A stretch of 64,000 nucleotides of DNA from an uncultured SAR116 cluster alpha proteobacterium (lineage in GTDB: Bacteria > Pseudomonadota > Alphaproteobacteria > Puniceispirillales > Marisalimonadaceae): the NCBI GenBank assembly GCA_902558885.1, contig CACEFQ010000005.1, forward strand, positions 43,659-107,658. Reading direction: 5' to 3'. The first letter of the stretch is position 1, and each line of letters opens with the position of its first letter. Positions 18,680-30,410 of the stretch are shown piece by piece. The notes under the pieces were generated by a model, which saw only the letters and a list, made by a program, of their open reading frames with translations, ran no database searches and was not told where the DNA came from. The translations under genes were made by a program, and so were the position numbers.

Positions 18680-19552
18680 ATGACTAATAATGTTAAATTG
18701 GGTATCTTCATAATAATCCTCTCAACACTGTTTTTTGCTACTATGGATGGCGTTTCAAGATATTTAGCTGATACTTACAATGTTTTTGTTGTTAATATGA
18801 TAAGAAGTTGGGTTTTAGCTTTGTTAGTTGTTTCTATAAGTCTTAGAAATAAAAACGGTATTGTTAAAGTTTTAAGAACAAAGCAACCTTACATACAGTT
18901 TATTAGAGGTTTATTACTTATTAGTGCTATTTTAATCGGGGTTTATTCATTTACTAAACTTGGTCTGGTCCAAACTCATTCCATACTATCCTCTTTTCCA
19001 TTAATTGTTGTTGCTTTTTCAGGTCCAATATTAAAAGAAAAAATTGGTGTTCAGAGATGGTTGGCAGTCATTTTTGGTTTTATTGGTGTTTTAATCATAT
19101 TGGATCCTTCAAATTACATATTCAGTTTTGATGCAATTTTACCAGTATTAGGTGCTTTTGTTCTGGGTTTTTATTCTATTCTTACAAGAAAGGTTTCAGA
19201 AACAGACACGTCAGAAACAAGTTTTTTCTGGGTTGCCATTGTTGGTTGTATTATCATGACAATTGTTGGCCCATTTTACTGGGAGCCAATCTTATTTAAA
19301 GATTGGGGGTGGATGGCATTGTTATGTATTTTGAGTACTGCAGGTCATTTTCTCTTGATAAAAGCTTACGAAAACACAGAAGCTAGTGTCCTTCAGCCAT
19401 TTACGTATTTCCAGTTGTTCTTTGCGTCTATAATTGGAATAATAATATTTAATGATAAAGTTACCATATCAATTCTTCTTGGAGGTAGTATAGTTGTTGT
19501 AAGCGGTATATTTGCAGCATGGAGAACACACATAAAAAGCAAAAACAAATAA
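18680..19552 (+). CDS. DMT/EamA family transporter
   Basis: About 10 hydrophobic segments; LKEKIGVQRWLAV and ASVLQPFTY motifs. Confidence 0.9.
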   Translation: MTNNVKLGIFIIILSTLFFATMDGVSRYLADTYNVFVVNMIRSWVLALLVVSISLRNKNGIVKVLRTKQPYIQFIRGLLLISAILIGVYSFTKLGLVQTHSILSSFPLIVVAFSGPILKEKIGVQRWLAVIFGFIGVLIILDPSNYIFSFDAILPVLGAFVLGFYSILTRKVSETDTSETSFFWVAIVGCIIMTIVGPFYWEPILFKDWGWMALLCILSTAGHFLLIKAYENTEASVLQPFTYFQLFFASIIGIIIFNDKVTISILLGGSIVVVSGIFAAWRTHIKSKNK

Positions 19553-19596
19553 AATTCATATTTTTAAATTAATGATTACTTGATGTAGGAGATTTT

Positions 19597-20289
19597 ATGA
19601 AAAAAACTGTTTTAATTACTGGTGCCAATAGAGGTATAGGCTTAGCTCTAACAAAGGCATGTATTAGTAAAGATTTTTATGTTGAAGCATGTTGTAGAAA
19701 TCCTGATAATTCTCATGAACTAAATAATTTATCAAACAATAATCCTCATCTCAATATAACTAAAATGGATGTAACCAGCTCAAAAAGTATTTTGAAGGCC
19801 TCTGAAAATTTTAAAAATGAAATTGACATTTTGGTTTGTAATGCTGGTGTTAATAATGGTAAAGGTGATATTTTTAGTAATGAGCATAACGAAAATGCTA
19901 TCATGGAAGTAATGATGGTAAATGTTGGTGGGCCATTCTTAACAATTCAAAATCTCTATAAAAACCTTAATAAAAAATCTATATCTAAAATTGTTATTAT
20001 TTCTTCTCTAATGGGAACTCAAACTCATATTTCAAATAATGCCCCTATATACAGAGCCTCTAAAGCAGCTGCTAATAATTTAATGAGAACAATATCAAAT
20101 CATTTCTTGAATGATAATATTATTGTATCATCATATCATCCAGGTTGGGTAAGAACTGACATGGGTGGAGCTAATGCTGATATATCAACTGAAGAAAGTG
20201 CAACTGGGTTAATAAATCACTTTTTAAACTTACAAAAATCTGATTCTGGAAAATTTTTCAACTACGATGGAAAACCACTTCCATTATAG
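19597..20289 (+). CDS. Short-chain dehydrogenase/reductase (CsgA/C-factor-like)
   Basis: TGANRGIG, NAGV, YRASKAA, HPGWVRTDMGG. Confidence 0.92.
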   Translation: MKKTVLITGANRGIGLALTKACISKDFYVEACCRNPDNSHELNNLSNNNPHLNITKMDVTSSKSILKASENFKNEIDILVCNAGVNNGKGDIFSNEHNENAIMEVMMVNVGGPFLTIQNLYKNLNKKSISKIVIISSLMGTQTHISNNAPIYRASKAAANNLMRTISNHFLNDNIIVSSYHPGWVRTDMGGANADISTEESATGLINHFLNLQKSDSGKFFNYDGKPLPL

Positions 20290-20327
20290 AATTTTGTTTT
20301 AAATCTAAACTTTGGTTAAAAATTATT

Positions 20328-20768
20328 ATGCATAATTTTATGTTTAAAAAAGTAAGTTCAAAACAAGAAATGAAAAAATCTTATGCTATTAGATCAAAAG
20401 TTTTTTGTGAAGAACAAAAAATATCTAAAGAAATAGAGTTTGACAATTTAGATCACCTTTGCAGTCATTTTTTAATTTTTGATGACAAAAAAGTAATTGC
20501 AACAGCAAGAGTGCGTCAAAAAGAAGAAAACATTTTAAAAATTGAAAGGGTTGCTGTTTTATTAGAGTTTAGAAGATTAAAAGTTGGATCAATTTTAATT
20601 AAAAATATTATTAAAAATTACACGAACTTGGATGGTAACCAATCTATTATTTTACATAGCCAGATTGCTGTTGCAGATTTTTATAAAAGTTTAAATTTTA
20701 TTTCATATGGCAATGATTTTTTTGAAGATGGTATCCCTCATATAGCAATGAAATATTTAAAAAGCTAA
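20328..20768 (+). CDS. GNAT family acetyltransferase (YjcF/ElaA-like)
   Basis: IRSKVFCEEQ, ATARV, IERVAV, FYKSLNF, EDGIPHIAM. Confidence 0.88.
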   Translation: MHNFMFKKVSSKQEMKKSYAIRSKVFCEEQKISKEIEFDNLDHLCSHFLIFDDKKVIATARVRQKEENILKIERVAVLLEFRRLKVGSILIKNIIKNYTNLDGNQSIILHSQIAVADFYKSLNFISYGNDFFEDGIPHIAMKYLKS

Positions 20769-20836
20769 GAACTCTATAATTTCAAAAATGTATACACAAA
20801 TAATAATTGAGCTAAAAATCTTATATTTTGATTTTA

Positions 20837-20912
<76 letters not shown>

Positions 20913-20958
20913 ACTTTGAGATAAATAATAGATATTTAATTTATAAACAAGAGATTAT

Positions 20959-21801
20959 TTAATTTTTTATAATATTTTTTTGTAGTTGGAACATAGCAAC
21001 TGATGCTGCGTTTGAAACATTTAGTGAATTAGATTCATTGTTAATTGGAATTCTAATTAAATGGTCTACCTGTTCTCTAGTTAGTCTTCGAAGACCTTTT
21101 CCTTCAGAACCTAATATTAAAGCTACATTACCAGTTTCATTTTCAAGCTGATAAACATCTTTTTTACCTTCACCAGCAAGTCCATAAACGCTAAAATTAT
21201 ATTTTTGAAGTTTTTTTATTTCTCTTGACATGTTTGATAATTCAATGATTTGAAGTTTCTCAATGGCACCTGAGGATGCTTTATTTAATGCCGAAGTTTC
21301 CTGTGGGCTGTTTCTTTGAGATAGTGCTAAGCCATTCATTTTAAATGCTAATGCAGATCTAATAATAGCTCCAACATTTTGAGGATCAGTCACTTCATCA
21401 AGAAGAATTAGCCGGATTGGAATTTTGTCATTAAATCTGTCATTAGATAAAAATTCATCTAATGACAATCTTTGAAGAGGTTCTGTGACTAAAATCGCAT
21501 TTTGATGTGGCTTATAATTATTAATTTTGTCCATTTCTTCTTTAGTTTTGACTTCAATCTCTAACTTTAACTTTAATCTATTAATTTCGTCTTTCCATTT
21601 TGATAAATTTGTATTGGTAGTGATAAGATAATGAAGTTTTCTATTTTTATTGTTTAATGCAGAAAAAATAGAATGTATGCCTGCTATTTGTATTTGGTTG
21701 GTTTTTAATAAACTATTGTTAGTTTTAATTTTTTTTTTTGTTTTTTGACTTGTTTCTACATTAGCAAAATAATTATTATTTTTTTTTGATTTTTTTTTCA
21801 T
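20959..21801 (-). CDS. rlmB: 23S rRNA Gm2251 2'-O-methyltransferase (TrmH/SpoU family)
   Basis: LDEVTDPQNVGAIIRSA, KASSGA, GSEGKGLRRLT, SLNVSNA; conserved position divergent from tRNA-Tyr. Confidence 0.9.
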   Translation of the reverse strand: MKKKSKKNNNYFANVETSQKTKKKIKTNNSLLKTNQIQIAGIHSIFSALNNKNRKLHYLITTNTNLSKWKDEINRLKLKLEIEVKTKEEMDKINNYKPHQNAILVTEPLQRLSLDEFLSNDRFNDKIPIRLILLDEVTDPQNVGAIIRSALAFKMNGLALSQRNSPQETSALNKASSGAIEKLQIIELSNMSREIKKLQKYNFSVYGLAGEGKKDVYQLENETGNVALILGSEGKGLRRLTREQVDHLIRIPINNESNSLNVSNAASVAMFQLQKNIIKN

Positions 21802-21931
21802 ATAACCATTTGATGTAAATTGTTTTATTTTTTTATTTACTTTTAATAAAAGCTTTCATATTTAGAAAGCCTTGTGTATATAACATAACAAAATTGTAAA
21901 TAGTTAGTAAGGTGAAATTTAAATTAATTTA

Positions 21932-22016
21932 GGTGGGGTGGCCGAGTGGTTAAAGGCAGCAGACTGTAAATCTGCCCGCGTAGCGTACGTAGGTTCGAAT
22001 CCTACCCCCACCACCA
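21932..22016 (+). tRNA. tRNA-Tyr(GUA)
   Basis: GGTGGGGTGGCCGAGTGGTTAAAGGCAGCAGACT-GTA-AATCTGC, long variable arm, GTTCGAATCC, CCA; 85 nt. Confidence 0.97.
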
Positions 22017-22062
22017 CAAAAACCGCATACCATTATTAAAAATTAAAGAAAGGTCATAAAAG

Positions 22063-23253
22063 ATGTCTAAAGAAAAATTTGATCGTAGCAAACCGCATGT
22101 AAACATTGGTACAATAGGTCATGTTGATCATGGAAAAACTACATTAACTGCAGCAATTACTAAAGTCATGGCTGATGCTGGTCGTGCTGACTTCTCTGCT
22201 TATGACCAAATTGATAAAGCTCCTGAAGAAAGAGAAAGAGGTATAACTATTTCTACTGCTCATGTTGAGTATGAAACTGAGAATCGTCATTACGCTCACG
22301 TTGATTGTCCAGGTCATGCAGATTACGTGAAAAATATGATTACAGGTGCGGCTCAAATGGATGGTGCAATATTGGTTGTTAATGCTGCTGATGGCCCTAT
22401 GCCACAAACTAAAGAACATATTTTATTAGCTCGCCAGGTTGGTGTTCCTTCTTTGGTTGTTTATATGAATAAAGTTGATCAGGTCGATGACGAAGAGCTG
22501 TTAGAATTAGTTGAGTTGGAAATTCGTGAGTTACTAAGTAGTTACGAGTTTCCTGGTGATGACATTCCAATTATCAAAGGAAGTGCGTTAGCTGCGCTTG
22601 AAGGGCGTGATGAGGCCATTGGTGTGAATTCAATCACAGAGTTAATGGCTGCTGTAGATTCTTATATCCCTCAGCCTGAGCGTGACAAAGATAAACCTTT
22701 CTTAATGCCTATTGAAGATGTTTTTTCTATATCAGGAAGAGGTACCGTGGTAACAGGTCGTGTTGAGCGAGGTGTTATAAAGGTTGGCGAAGAGATAGAG
22801 ATAGTTGGAATTAAAGAAACAGCTAAAACAACATGTACAGGGGTTGAAATGTTTCGTAAGTTGCTAGATTCTGGTGAGGCTGGTGATAATGTTGGAGTTC
22901 TATTAAGGGGAACAAAAAGAGAAGAAGTTGAACGAGGTCAGGTATTATCTGCGCCTGGTTCAATAAAACCTTATTCTAAATTTAAAGGCGAGGCCTATAT
23001 TTTAACTAAAGATGAAGGTGGTAGACATACACCATTTTTTAGTAACTATCGTCCACAATTTTATTTTAGAACAACTGATGTGACTGGGGCTGTTGAGTTG
23101 CCTTCTGGTACAGAGATGGTGATGCCAGGAGATAATATTGCAATCTCTGTAGAATTAATAACTCCAATTGCAATGGATGAAGGACTAAGGTTCGCTATAA
23201 GGGAAGGTGGAAGAACTGTAGGTGCTGGAGTTGTATCAAGCATTGAAGCTTAA
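22063..23253 (+). CDS. tuf: Elongation factor Tu
   Basis: [37 protein letters not shown]. Confidence 0.99.
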   Translation: MSKEKFDRSKPHVNIGTIGHVDHGKTTLTAAITKVMADAGRADFSAYDQIDKAPEERERGITISTAHVEYETENRHYAHVDCPGHADYVKNMITGAAQMDGAILVVNAADGPMPQTKEHILLARQVGVPSLVVYMNKVDQVDDEELLELVELEIRELLSSYEFPGDDIPIIKGSALAALEGRDEAIGVNSITELMAAVDSYIPQPERDKDKPFLMPIEDVFSISGRGTVVTGRVERGVIKVGEEIEIVGIKETAKTTCTGVEMFRKLLDSGEAGDNVGVLLRGTKREEVERGQVLSAPGSIKPYSKFKGEAYILTKDEGGRHTPFFSNYRPQFYFRTTDVTGAVELPSGTEMVMPGDNIAISVELITPIAMDEGLRFAIREGGRTVGAGVVSSIEA

Positions 23254-23292
23254 TTAATAAAGATTTGTAGTAGGTAAAGTAACGAGGTTTTA

Positions 23293-23601
23293 ATGGATAA
23301 TCAAAATATTAGAATTAGGCTGAAAGCCTTTGATCATAGGATATTAGACCAATCTACTTCTGAAATAGTTAATACAGCTAGAAGAACAGGTGCAAAAATT
23401 CGAGGACCTATTCCTCTTCCTACTTCATTAAACAGGTTTACTGTTCTAAGAGGCCCTCATGTTGATAAAAAAAGTCGTGAGCAATTTGAGATGAGAACTC
23501 ACAAACGTGTGCTTGATATTGTTGAGCCCACCCCGCAAACAGTTGATGCACTTATGAAGTTAGATTTAGCTTCAGGTGTTGATGTGGAAATTAAACTATA
23601 G
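23293..23601 (+). CDS. rpsJ: 30S ribosomal protein S10
   Basis: [35 protein letters not shown]. Confidence 0.99.
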   Translation: MDNQNIRIRLKAFDHRILDQSTSEIVNTARRTGAKIRGPIPLPTSLNRFTVLRGPHVDKKSREQFEMRTHKRVLDIVEPTPQTVDALMKLDLASGVDVEIKL

Positions 23602-23611
23602 GAATAATATT

Positions 23612-24379
23612 ATGCGTTGTGGAGTTATTGCAAGGAAATTAGGCATGTCACGTGTATTTGGTGACAGTGGTGAACATATTCCAGTTACTGTCCTAAGAAT
23701 TGAAGATGTCGAAGTATTATCCATCAAATCAGTGGATAAAGATGGCTATACTGCTGTTCAGCTAGGCTTTGGTAACAAAAAGCCAAAAAATATATCTAAA
23801 CCTCTTAGGGGTGTTTTTGCTAAGGCTAAAACTGAGCCAAAGGAAAAAATTGTCGAGTTTAGGGTAAGTGAAGATGCAGTTTTGAATGTTGGAGATAAAT
23901 TAAGTGTAAACCATTTTGTTATTGGTCAAAAAGTTGATGTCGTTGGTATTTCACAAGGTAAAGGCTTTTCTGGTGCTATGAAACGACATAATTTTGGTGG
24001 AATGCAAGCTTCACATGGTGTTTCAATCAGTCATAGATCACATGGTTCTACTGGAAACAGCCAAGATCCAGGTCGAACTTGGAAGGGTAAAAAAATGGCT
24101 GGTCAATATGGTAATGTTAGAATAACAACACAGAATCTAAAAGTTGTTAAATTACTTGAAAATGAAAACTTGATTTTAATACAAGGTTCTGTTCCAGGAT
24201 CAAAAAATGGGGTGGTATTATTAAGAGACGCAATTAAACATAAAATTCCAAAAGAAGTTCCATTTCCAGCTGGACTCCTTAACGATAGTAAAACTAATAA
24301 TGACGATCTTTCTTTATCATCTGATCAAAATGAAAAAGAAACTTCTTCAGAAGTTAAAGGAGCTGAAGTTGAAAATTAA
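23612..24379 (+). CDS. rplC: 50S ribosomal protein L3
   Basis: KLGMSRVF, GKGFSGAMKRHNF, KGKKMAG; start moved to ATG 23612 (AGGA RBS, just after the rpsJ stop). Confidence 0.97.
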   Translation: MRCGVIARKLGMSRVFGDSGEHIPVTVLRIEDVEVLSIKSVDKDGYTAVQLGFGNKKPKNISKPLRGVFAKAKTEPKEKIVEFRVSEDAVLNVGDKLSVNHFVIGQKVDVVGISQGKGFSGAMKRHNFGGMQASHGVSISHRSHGSTGNSQDPGRTWKGKKMAGQYGNVRITTQNLKVVKLLENENLILIQGSVPGSKNGVVLLRDAIKHKIPKEVPFPAGLLNDSKTNNDDLSLSSDQNEKETSSEVKGAEVEN

Positions 24380-24986
24380 ATCAGTTAATTTAAGTAATAA
24401 GCTTGGTAAAGAGATTGACCTTAATGAAAAAGTTTTTGGTATAGTTCCAAGAGAAGATATTGTGTCAAGAGTAATTAGGTGGCAGTTAGCTAAAAGACGT
24501 TTAGGTAATCACTCAGTTCAGACACGTAGTCAAGTTAAAATGACAACTGCTAAAATGTATAAGCAAAAGGGCACAGGAAAAGCTAGGCATGGATCTGGTT
24601 CTGTTTCACAGTTTAGAGGTGGTGGTATGGCACATGGCCCAGTGGTTCATTCTCATGCTCACAACCTGAATAAAAAAGTTAAAAAATTAGGTTTGAAATC
24701 CGTCTTATCAAATAAATTTAAGTCTGGAAAACTTATAATCTTAGAAGCTTCTAAGAGTGATGGTAAAACATCTACACTTATGAAAAGTTTAAACAAAATG
24801 GGTTTAAATAATGCTCTCATAATTTCAGGTAATGATGTTGATCAAAATCTAATAAGGGCTGTGGCTAATATTAGAAATTTAGATATTCTGTCTCATCGGG
24901 GACTTAATGTTTATGATGTAGTTAAAAAAGATAATTTAATAATTATAGATGACGCCTTAAAATTTGTTGAGGAGCGCTTGTTATGA
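24369..24986 (+). CDS. rplD: 50S ribosomal protein L4
   Basis: [16 protein letters not shown]; start moved to TTG 24369 (AAAGGAG 6 nt upstream). Confidence 0.96.
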   Translation: MKIKSVNLSNKLGKEIDLNEKVFGIVPREDIVSRVIRWQLAKRRLGNHSVQTRSQVKMTTAKMYKQKGTGKARHGSGSVSQFRGGGMAHGPVVHSHAHNLNKKVKKLGLKSVLSNKFKSGKLIILEASKSDGKTSTLMKSLNKMGLNNALIISGNDVDQNLIRAVANIRNLDILSHRGLNVYDVVKKDNLIIIDDALKFVEERLL

Positions 24987-25312
24987 GTGTAAGACCTAGA
25001 AAAAAAGTTTATTTGACGATAAGTCAAAATAAAGCTTATAAAATTATATTAAATCCGTTGGTTACAGAAAAATCAACACAACAATCAGAATTTAATAAAA
25101 TGGTATTTTCTGTTCCCGTTAATGCTACTAAACTAGAAGTTAAGTCATCGATTGAAAAAATCTTCTCTGTAAAAGTGAAGTCCGTTAATACGATTTTATT
25201 AAAGGGCAAGGTGAAAAGATTTAAAGGTGTATTAGGTAGGCGCTCTAATACAAAAAAAGCAATAGTAACACTTGCTCCAGGAAATACCATTGACTTGTCG
25301 GCAGGAGTTTAA
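24983..25312 (+). CDS. rplW: 50S ribosomal protein L23
   Basis: PLVTEKS, ATKLEVK, KKAIVTL; operon order. Confidence 0.97.
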   Translation: MSVRPRKKVYLTISQNKAYKIILNPLVTEKSTQQSEFNKMVFSVPVNATKLEVKSSIEKIFSVKVKSVNTILLKGKVKRFKGVLGRRSNTKKAIVTLAPGNTIDLSAGV

Positions 25313-25315
25313 ATA

Positions 25316-26140
25316 ATGGCATTAAAGCAATACAAACCGATTACACCTGGACAACGAGGGTTAGTTTTAGTTGATAAGTCTGACCTTTTTAAAGGAAAGC
25401 CTGTAAAAAAGTTAACAGTTGGCCTTAATAAGTCTGGTGGTAGAAACAACTCCGGTAAGATTACTATGTGGCAACGTGGAGGTGGTCACAAAAGGCGTTA
25501 TCGAATTATAGATTTCAAAAGAACAAAATTGGACATTTCAGGAACTGTAGAGAGAATAGAATATGATCCAAACAGATCAGCTTTTATTGCTCTAATTAAA
25601 TATGAAGATAATGAATTAAGGTATATTATTGCTCCTCAGAGGTTGGCTTTAGGAGATAAAGTCGTATCTTCTAAAAAAGCTGATATAAAGCCAGGCAATT
25701 GTATGCCACTTTCTTCCGTGCCAGTGGGTACTATAATTCATAATGTTGAATTAAAACCTGGCAAGGGTGGTCAAATTGCCCGATCAGCTGGTTCCTATGT
25801 ACAATTAATAGGAAAGGATCTATCTTACTCAATACTAAGATTAATGTCAGGTGAGGTAAGATTAGTTCTATCATCTTGCTTATGTACTATTGGGGCAGTT
25901 TCTAATCAGGACAATCAAAATACAAACTTAGGTAAAGCAGGTCGTAATAGGTGGCTTGGTAAAAGACCGTCTGTTAGAGGTGTTGCAATGAACCCTGTTG
26001 ATCATCCACATGGAGGAGGTGAAGGGAGAACTTCAGGTGGCAGGCACCCAGTTACACCTTGGGGAAAGCCAACTAAAGGATATAGAACAAGAAACAATAA
26101 AAGAACAGATAAATTAATAATTAGAAGAAGAAAAGTGTAA
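25316..26140 (+). CDS. rplB: 50S ribosomal protein L2
   Basis: [33 protein letters not shown]. Confidence 0.99.
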   Translation: MALKQYKPITPGQRGLVLVDKSDLFKGKPVKKLTVGLNKSGGRNNSGKITMWQRGGGHKRRYRIIDFKRTKLDISGTVERIEYDPNRSAFIALIKYEDNELRYIIAPQRLALGDKVVSSKKADIKPGNCMPLSSVPVGTIIHNVELKPGKGGQIARSAGSYVQLIGKDLSYSILRLMSGEVRLVLSSCLCTIGAVSNQDNQNTNLGKAGRNRWLGKRPSVRGVAMNPVDHPHGGGEGRTSGGRHPVTPWGKPTKGYRTRNNKRTDKLIIRRRKV

Positions 26141-26150
26141 GGTAAACTTT

Positions 26151-26426
26151 ATGTCAAGATCTATATGGAAAGGTCCATTTGTGGATGGATATCTGCTTAA
26201 AAAAGCTGAAATTGCTAGAAACTCAGGTCGAAACGACGTTATAAAAACTTGGTCAAGAAGGTCTACTGTTATGCCACAATTTGTTGGTCTTACATTTGGT
26301 GTTTATAACGGAAAAAAATTCATACCTGTGACGATAACTGAGGCTATGGTTGGTCATAAATTAGGTGAATTTTCACCAACCAGAACATATTATGGCCATA
26401 CTGCAGACAAAAAGTCCAAGCGATAG
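26151..26426 (+). CDS. rpsS: 30S ribosomal protein S19
   Basis: [30 protein letters not shown]. Confidence 0.99.
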   Translation: MSRSIWKGPFVDGYLLKKAEIARNSGRNDVIKTWSRRSTVMPQFVGLTFGVYNGKKFIPVTITEAMVGHKLGEFSPTRTYYGHTADKKSKR

Positions 26427-26434
26427 GAGTTAAA

Positions 26435-26812
26435 ATGGGTAGAGAAAAAAATAAGCGAAGGGAACTAGATAATGAGGCTAAAGTTGTGCTAAAAAATATA
26501 AGAGTTAGCCCTCAAAAACTAAACCTCGTTGTACAAATGATCAGAAAAGAAACAGCTTCAAAAGCTATTTCTATTTTACAATTTTCAAAAAGAAGAATTT
26601 CTAATGTAGTGGAAAAAGCTTTGAGATCAGCCATAGCAAATGCTGAAAACAATCATTCGTTGGATATAGATAAACTGATTGTAAAAGAAGCATATGTTGG
26701 AAAAGGTTTGGTTATGAAGCGATTTCATGCCAGAGCTAGAGGGCGTGGTGCAAGAATCATAAAGCCATTTTCTCATTTAACTATTCTATTATCTGAACAG
26801 GAAGGTAGCTAA
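26435..26812 (+). CDS. rplV: 50S ribosomal protein L22
   Basis: [23 protein letters not shown]. Confidence 0.98.
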   Translation: MGREKNKRRELDNEAKVVLKNIRVSPQKLNLVVQMIRKETASKAISILQFSKRRISNVVEKALRSAIANAENNHSLDIDKLIVKEAYVGKGLVMKRFHARARGRGARIIKPFSHLTILLSEQEGS

Positions 26813-26813
26813 A

Positions 26814-27515
26814 ATGGGACAAAAAACACAACCAATAGGGTTTAGGTTGGGCATCAATAGAACTTGGGATTCACGATGGTTTGGTGGTAAATCATATGGA
26901 GATCTGCTTCATCAAGATATTGAACTAAGAAAATATTTGTTTGAAAAACTTAAGTCAGCAGCTGTTAGTAAGATTGTTATAGAAAGACCAGCAGGCAGAG
27001 CTAGAATTTCTATCTATGCAGGCAGACCTGGTTTAGTTATAGGTAAAAAAGGTCAAGATATTGAGTCTTTGAAAGATACATTGAGCAAGAAAATAAATGC
27101 TGATGTGAGCCTAAATATTATTGAAATAAGAAAACCCGAATTAGACGCCAAACTAGTGGCTGATGGAATAGCCCAACAACTTGAAAGAAGAGTTGCATTT
27201 AGGAGGGCTATGAAAAGAGCTGTACAAAGTGCAATTAGACTTGGAGCAGAAGGAGTTAGAATTAATTGTGCTGGTAGACTCGGTGGTGCAGAGATTGCTA
27301 GAACTGAATGGTATAGAGAAGGAAGAGTTCCATTACATACATTAAGAGCTGACGTTGATTATGGAGAATCAACAGCATTCACTACATATGGTGCAACTGG
27401 TATTAAAGTTTGGATCTTCAAAGGTGAAATAATGGAGCATGATCCTATGGCACAGGAGAAAAAAATGTCAAATGCTGTTAAGGGATCCAATATCAACAGT
27501 ATTGACCAGGGGTAA
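26814..27515 (+). CDS. rpsC: 30S ribosomal protein S3
   Basis: [37 protein letters not shown]. Confidence 0.99.
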   Translation: MGQKTQPIGFRLGINRTWDSRWFGGKSYGDLLHQDIELRKYLFEKLKSAAVSKIVIERPAGRARISIYAGRPGLVIGKKGQDIESLKDTLSKKINADVSLNIIEIRKPELDAKLVADGIAQQLERRVAFRRAMKRAVQSAIRLGAEGVRINCAGRLGGAEIARTEWYREGRVPLHTLRADVDYGESTAFTTYGATGIKVWIFKGEIMEHDPMAQEKKMSNAVKGSNINSIDQG

Positions 27516-27518
27516 AGA

Positions 27519-27932
27519 ATGCTACAACCAAAAAGAACAAAATTCAGAAAGGCTCATAAAGGTAGAATTCATGGGCTAGCTAAAGGTGGTACAAAGCTAA
27601 ATTTTGGATCATATGGATTGAAAGCAGTTCAACCTGAGAGGGTTACTGCCAGACAAATTGAAGCCGCCAGAAGAGCTATAACAAGACATTTGCGTCGTGC
27701 AGGTAGAGTTTGGATTAGAATATTTCCTGATGTTCCAGTTTCAAGTAAACCCGCTGAGGTTAGAATGGGAAAAGGAAAAGGATCACCCGAGTATTGGATT
27801 TGTAGGGTAAAGCCTGGAAAAATAATGTTCGAATTGGATGGTGTTTCAGAGATTGCTGCTAAAGAAGCTCTAAGTCTAGCAGCTGCTAAATTACCAATGC
27901 ATACAAAAGTTGTTAAAAGATTAGGTGAATAA
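27519..27932 (+). CDS. rplP: 50S ribosomal protein L16
   Basis: [18 protein letters not shown]. Confidence 0.99.
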   Translation: MLQPKRTKFRKAHKGRIHGLAKGGTKLNFGSYGLKAVQPERVTARQIEAARRAITRHLRRAGRVWIRIFPDVPVSSKPAEVRMGKGKGSPEYWICRVKPGKIMFELDGVSEIAAKEALSLAAAKLPMHTKVVKRLGE

Positions 27933-27946
27933 CTGGAGATATTTAT

Positions 27947-28162
27947 ATGGCAAAGTATAAACCCAAGGATTTGAAAACAAAAACTACTGATGAGTTAAAA
28001 GATCAATTGAAACTTCTCAGAAAAGAACAATTTAATCTTAGATTTCAGGTCAGTAATGGACAAAACGAAAATCCTGCCAGATTTGGCTTAATTCGAAAAG
28101 AGATAGCTTGTATTAAAACGATTTTGAATAACGTTGTGTCAACTAATGATTTAGGGAAATAG
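27947..28162 (+). CDS. rpmC: 50S ribosomal protein L29
   Basis: KEQFNLRFQ, IRKEIA; operon order. Confidence 0.96.
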   Translation: MAKYKPKDLKTKTTDELKDQLKLLRKEQFNLRFQVSNGQNENPARFGLIRKEIACIKTILNNVVSTNDLGK

Positions 28163-28168
28163 ATTATT

Positions 28169-28396
28169 ATGCCAAAGAGAATTTTAACAGGTAAAGTTAC
28201 AAGTAATAAGTCTAATAAAACTATTACAGTTCTAGTAGAAAGAAAGATAATGCATCCAATGTACAAAAAATTTGTAACAAAATCCAAAAAGTTTGCCGCT
28301 CATGATAGTGAAAACAAATTTAAGGTTGGGGATATTGTGAATATAAGAGAATGTACTCCTATTTCAAAAAATAAACGTTTTGAAGTGATATATTAA
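28169..28396 (+). CDS. rpsQ: 30S ribosomal protein S17
   Basis: [24 protein letters not shown]. Confidence 0.98.
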   Translation: MPKRILTGKVTSNKSNKTITVLVERKIMHPMYKKFVTKSKKFAAHDSENKFKVGDIVNIRECTPISKNKRFEVIY

Positions 28397-28416
28397 TAAA
28401 TTAGCGGAGACGGATT

Positions 28417-28785
28417 ATGATACAAATGCAAAGTAATCTTGATGTTGCAGACAACTCAGGTGCAAGAAGAATTCAGTGTATAAAAGTTTTGGGAGGATCC
28501 GGAAGAAAGACAGCCGCTGTTGGCGATGTAATCGTTGTTTCTATCAAAGAAGCAATTCCGAGGGGGCGAGTAAAAAAAGGTGATGTTCATAGAGCTGTAA
28601 TAGTAAGAACTTCTAAAGAGGTTAGAAGAAATGATGGCACGTGCATTAGATTTGATAAAAATGCAGCAGTTTTAGTCAACAAAAGTAATGAACCTATTGG
28701 AACCCGTATCTTTGGACCTGTTACACGTGAATTAAGAAGTAGAAAATTCATGAAAATAGTTTCACTTGCCCCGGAGGTTTTGTAA
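28417..28785 (+). CDS. rplN: 50S ribosomal protein L14
   Basis: [22 protein letters not shown]. Confidence 0.99.
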   Translation: MIQMQSNLDVADNSGARRIQCIKVLGGSGRKTAAVGDVIVVSIKEAIPRGRVKKGDVHRAVIVRTSKEVRRNDGTCIRFDKNAAVLVNKSNEPIGTRIFGPVTRELRSRKFMKIVSLAPEVL

Positions 28786-29105
28786 TGAATAAGAAATTTA
28801 AAATCAAAACTGGGGATACAGTTATTGTTATTACTGGGAAAGATAAAGGCAAAACTGGTAATGTTACCTCAGTAATAAAATCTAATGATAGAGTAATTGT
28901 TGAAGGTGTTAATATTGTAAAGCGCCATAGAAAAGCAACTCAAGAAAGTCCCGGTAAAATTGAAGAAATAGAAACATCTATTCATATATCCAATGTAGCT
29001 CATTTAGATCCTGATACTGGTAAAGCAACAAGAGTAAAATATGAATTAAAAGATGGTTTAAAAAGAAGATTATCAGTTGTGTCTGGTTCATTATTAGATA
29101 AGTAA
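28785..29105 (+). CDS. rplX: 50S ribosomal protein L24
   Basis: KOW motif [22 protein letters not shown]. Confidence 0.98.
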   Translation: MNKKFKIKTGDTVIVITGKDKGKTGNVTSVIKSNDRVIVEGVNIVKRHRKATQESPGKIEEIETSIHISNVAHLDPDTGKATRVKYELKDGLKRRLSVVSGSLLDK

Positions 29106-29118
29106 TTTGGAGCTCAAG

Positions 29119-29661
29119 ATGAATATAAGGTTGCAGGAAAAATACAAAAAAGAAATTACTAAAACTCTAAAAGATAAATTTAAATATAAAAATGATCTTG
29201 AGATACCAAAGCTTGAAAAGGTTGTGATTAACATGGGGGTTGGTGAAGCAGTAAAGGACAGTAAAAAAATAGAGGCTGCAGTAAATGAGTTAGCTGCAAT
29301 AACCGGACAGAAGCCTGTTATAACAAAATCTAAAAAAGCTAATGCAAGTTTTAAGCTTAGAGAAGGTATGCCTATAGGTGTAAAAGTTACTTTAAGAAAA
29401 AACAAAATGTACGAATTTGTTGATAGATTTGTAAATATTGCATTACCTAGAGTAAGAGATTTCAGAGGTGTAAATGCAAAAAGCTTTGATGGTAATGGTA
29501 ATTATGCACTAGGATTGAAGGAACAGTACGTTTTTCCCGAAATTGAATATGATAACGTCGACTCTGTAAGAGGTATGGACATAATTTTTGTAACGTCTGC
29601 TAAATCAGACGAAGAGGCTAGGGAACTATTAAATGGATTTGATTTTCCCTTTAATCAATAA
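29119..29661 (+). CDS. rplE: 50S ribosomal protein L5
   Basis: [25 protein letters not shown]; start at ATG 29119 after GGAG. Confidence 0.98.
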   Translation: MNIRLQEKYKKEITKTLKDKFKYKNDLEIPKLEKVVINMGVGEAVKDSKKIEAAVNELAAITGQKPVITKSKKANASFKLREGMPIGVKVTLRKNKMYEFVDRFVNIALPRVRDFRGVNAKSFDGNGNYALGLKEQYVFPEIEYDNVDSVRGMDIIFVTSAKSDEEARELLNGFDFPFNQ

Positions 29662-29682
29662 TAATTAAATTAGGAGATATAG

Positions 29683-29988
29683 ATGGCAAAAAAAAGTGCT
29701 ATCCAAAAAAACTTAAATAAAGAAAAGCAAGTTAAAAAAAATAAATCAAGAAGAGATCGTTTAAAAGCAATATGTAGTAATAGGTCACTTCCTATGGAAC
29801 AACGTTTTGAGGCTCAACTCAAGCTATCTGAAATGCCAAGAAACGGCGCTAAAATAAGACTAAGAAATAGGTGTTTGATTACAGGTAGACCACGTGGTTA
29901 TTACCGAAAAGTAAAAATGTCACGAATAGCTCTAAGAGAATTAGCATTATCTGGTCAAATTCCAGGTATGGTAAAATCAAGTTGGTAG
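29683..29988 (+). CDS. rpsN: 30S ribosomal protein S14 (long, Zn-independent type)
   Basis: [20 protein letters not shown]; 101 aa. Confidence 0.98.
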   Translation: MAKKSAIQKNLNKEKQVKKNKSRRDRLKAICSNRSLPMEQRFEAQLKLSEMPRNGAKIRLRNRCLITGRPRGYYRKVKMSRIALRELALSGQIPGMVKSSW

Positions 29989-30001
29989 AAAGGTATTAAT
30001 T

Positions 30002-30400
30002 ATGTCAATGAGTGATACGCTTGGGGATATGTTGACCAGGATTAGAAATGGTCAGTCAGCAAATAAAGCAGTTGTTGAGGCCCCTGCCTCAAGATTTAGA
30101 GGAAATGTATTAGATGTCCTTAAAAGAGAAGGATACATTCGTAATTTTTCTAAGTATGAAAAACGTCCTGGTATTCATGAATTTAAAATTGAATTAAAAT
30201 ATTATGAAGGTAAACCAGTTATAAGTGAAATTAAAAGAGTATCAACTCCTGGAAGAAGAGTTTACTCAAGTATAAGTGATTTGCCAAGGACTTACAATGG
30301 TCTTGGTATATCAATTTTGTCAACTCCAAGAGGTGTAATGAGCGATAATGAAGCTCGAGCAGCTCATGTGGGTGGTGAAGTTCTTTGTCAAGTATTTTAG
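30002..30400 (+). CDS. rpsH: 30S ribosomal protein S8
   Basis: DMLTRIRN, STPGRRVY, GGEVLC. Confidence 0.99.
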   Translation: MSMSDTLGDMLTRIRNGQSANKAVVEAPASRFRGNVLDVLKREGYIRNFSKYEKRPGIHEFKIELKYYEGKPVISEIKRVSTPGRRVYSSISDLPRTYNGLGISILSTPRGVMSDNEARAAHVGGEVLCQVF

Positions 30401-30410
30401 GAGTATATTT

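Noticed and set aside
23576-30410. Long N-terminal extensions of rplC, rplD, rplE and rplF in the ORF track
   Set aside because: They come from choosing the most upstream start; downstream starts have clear RBSs and give normal N-termini.
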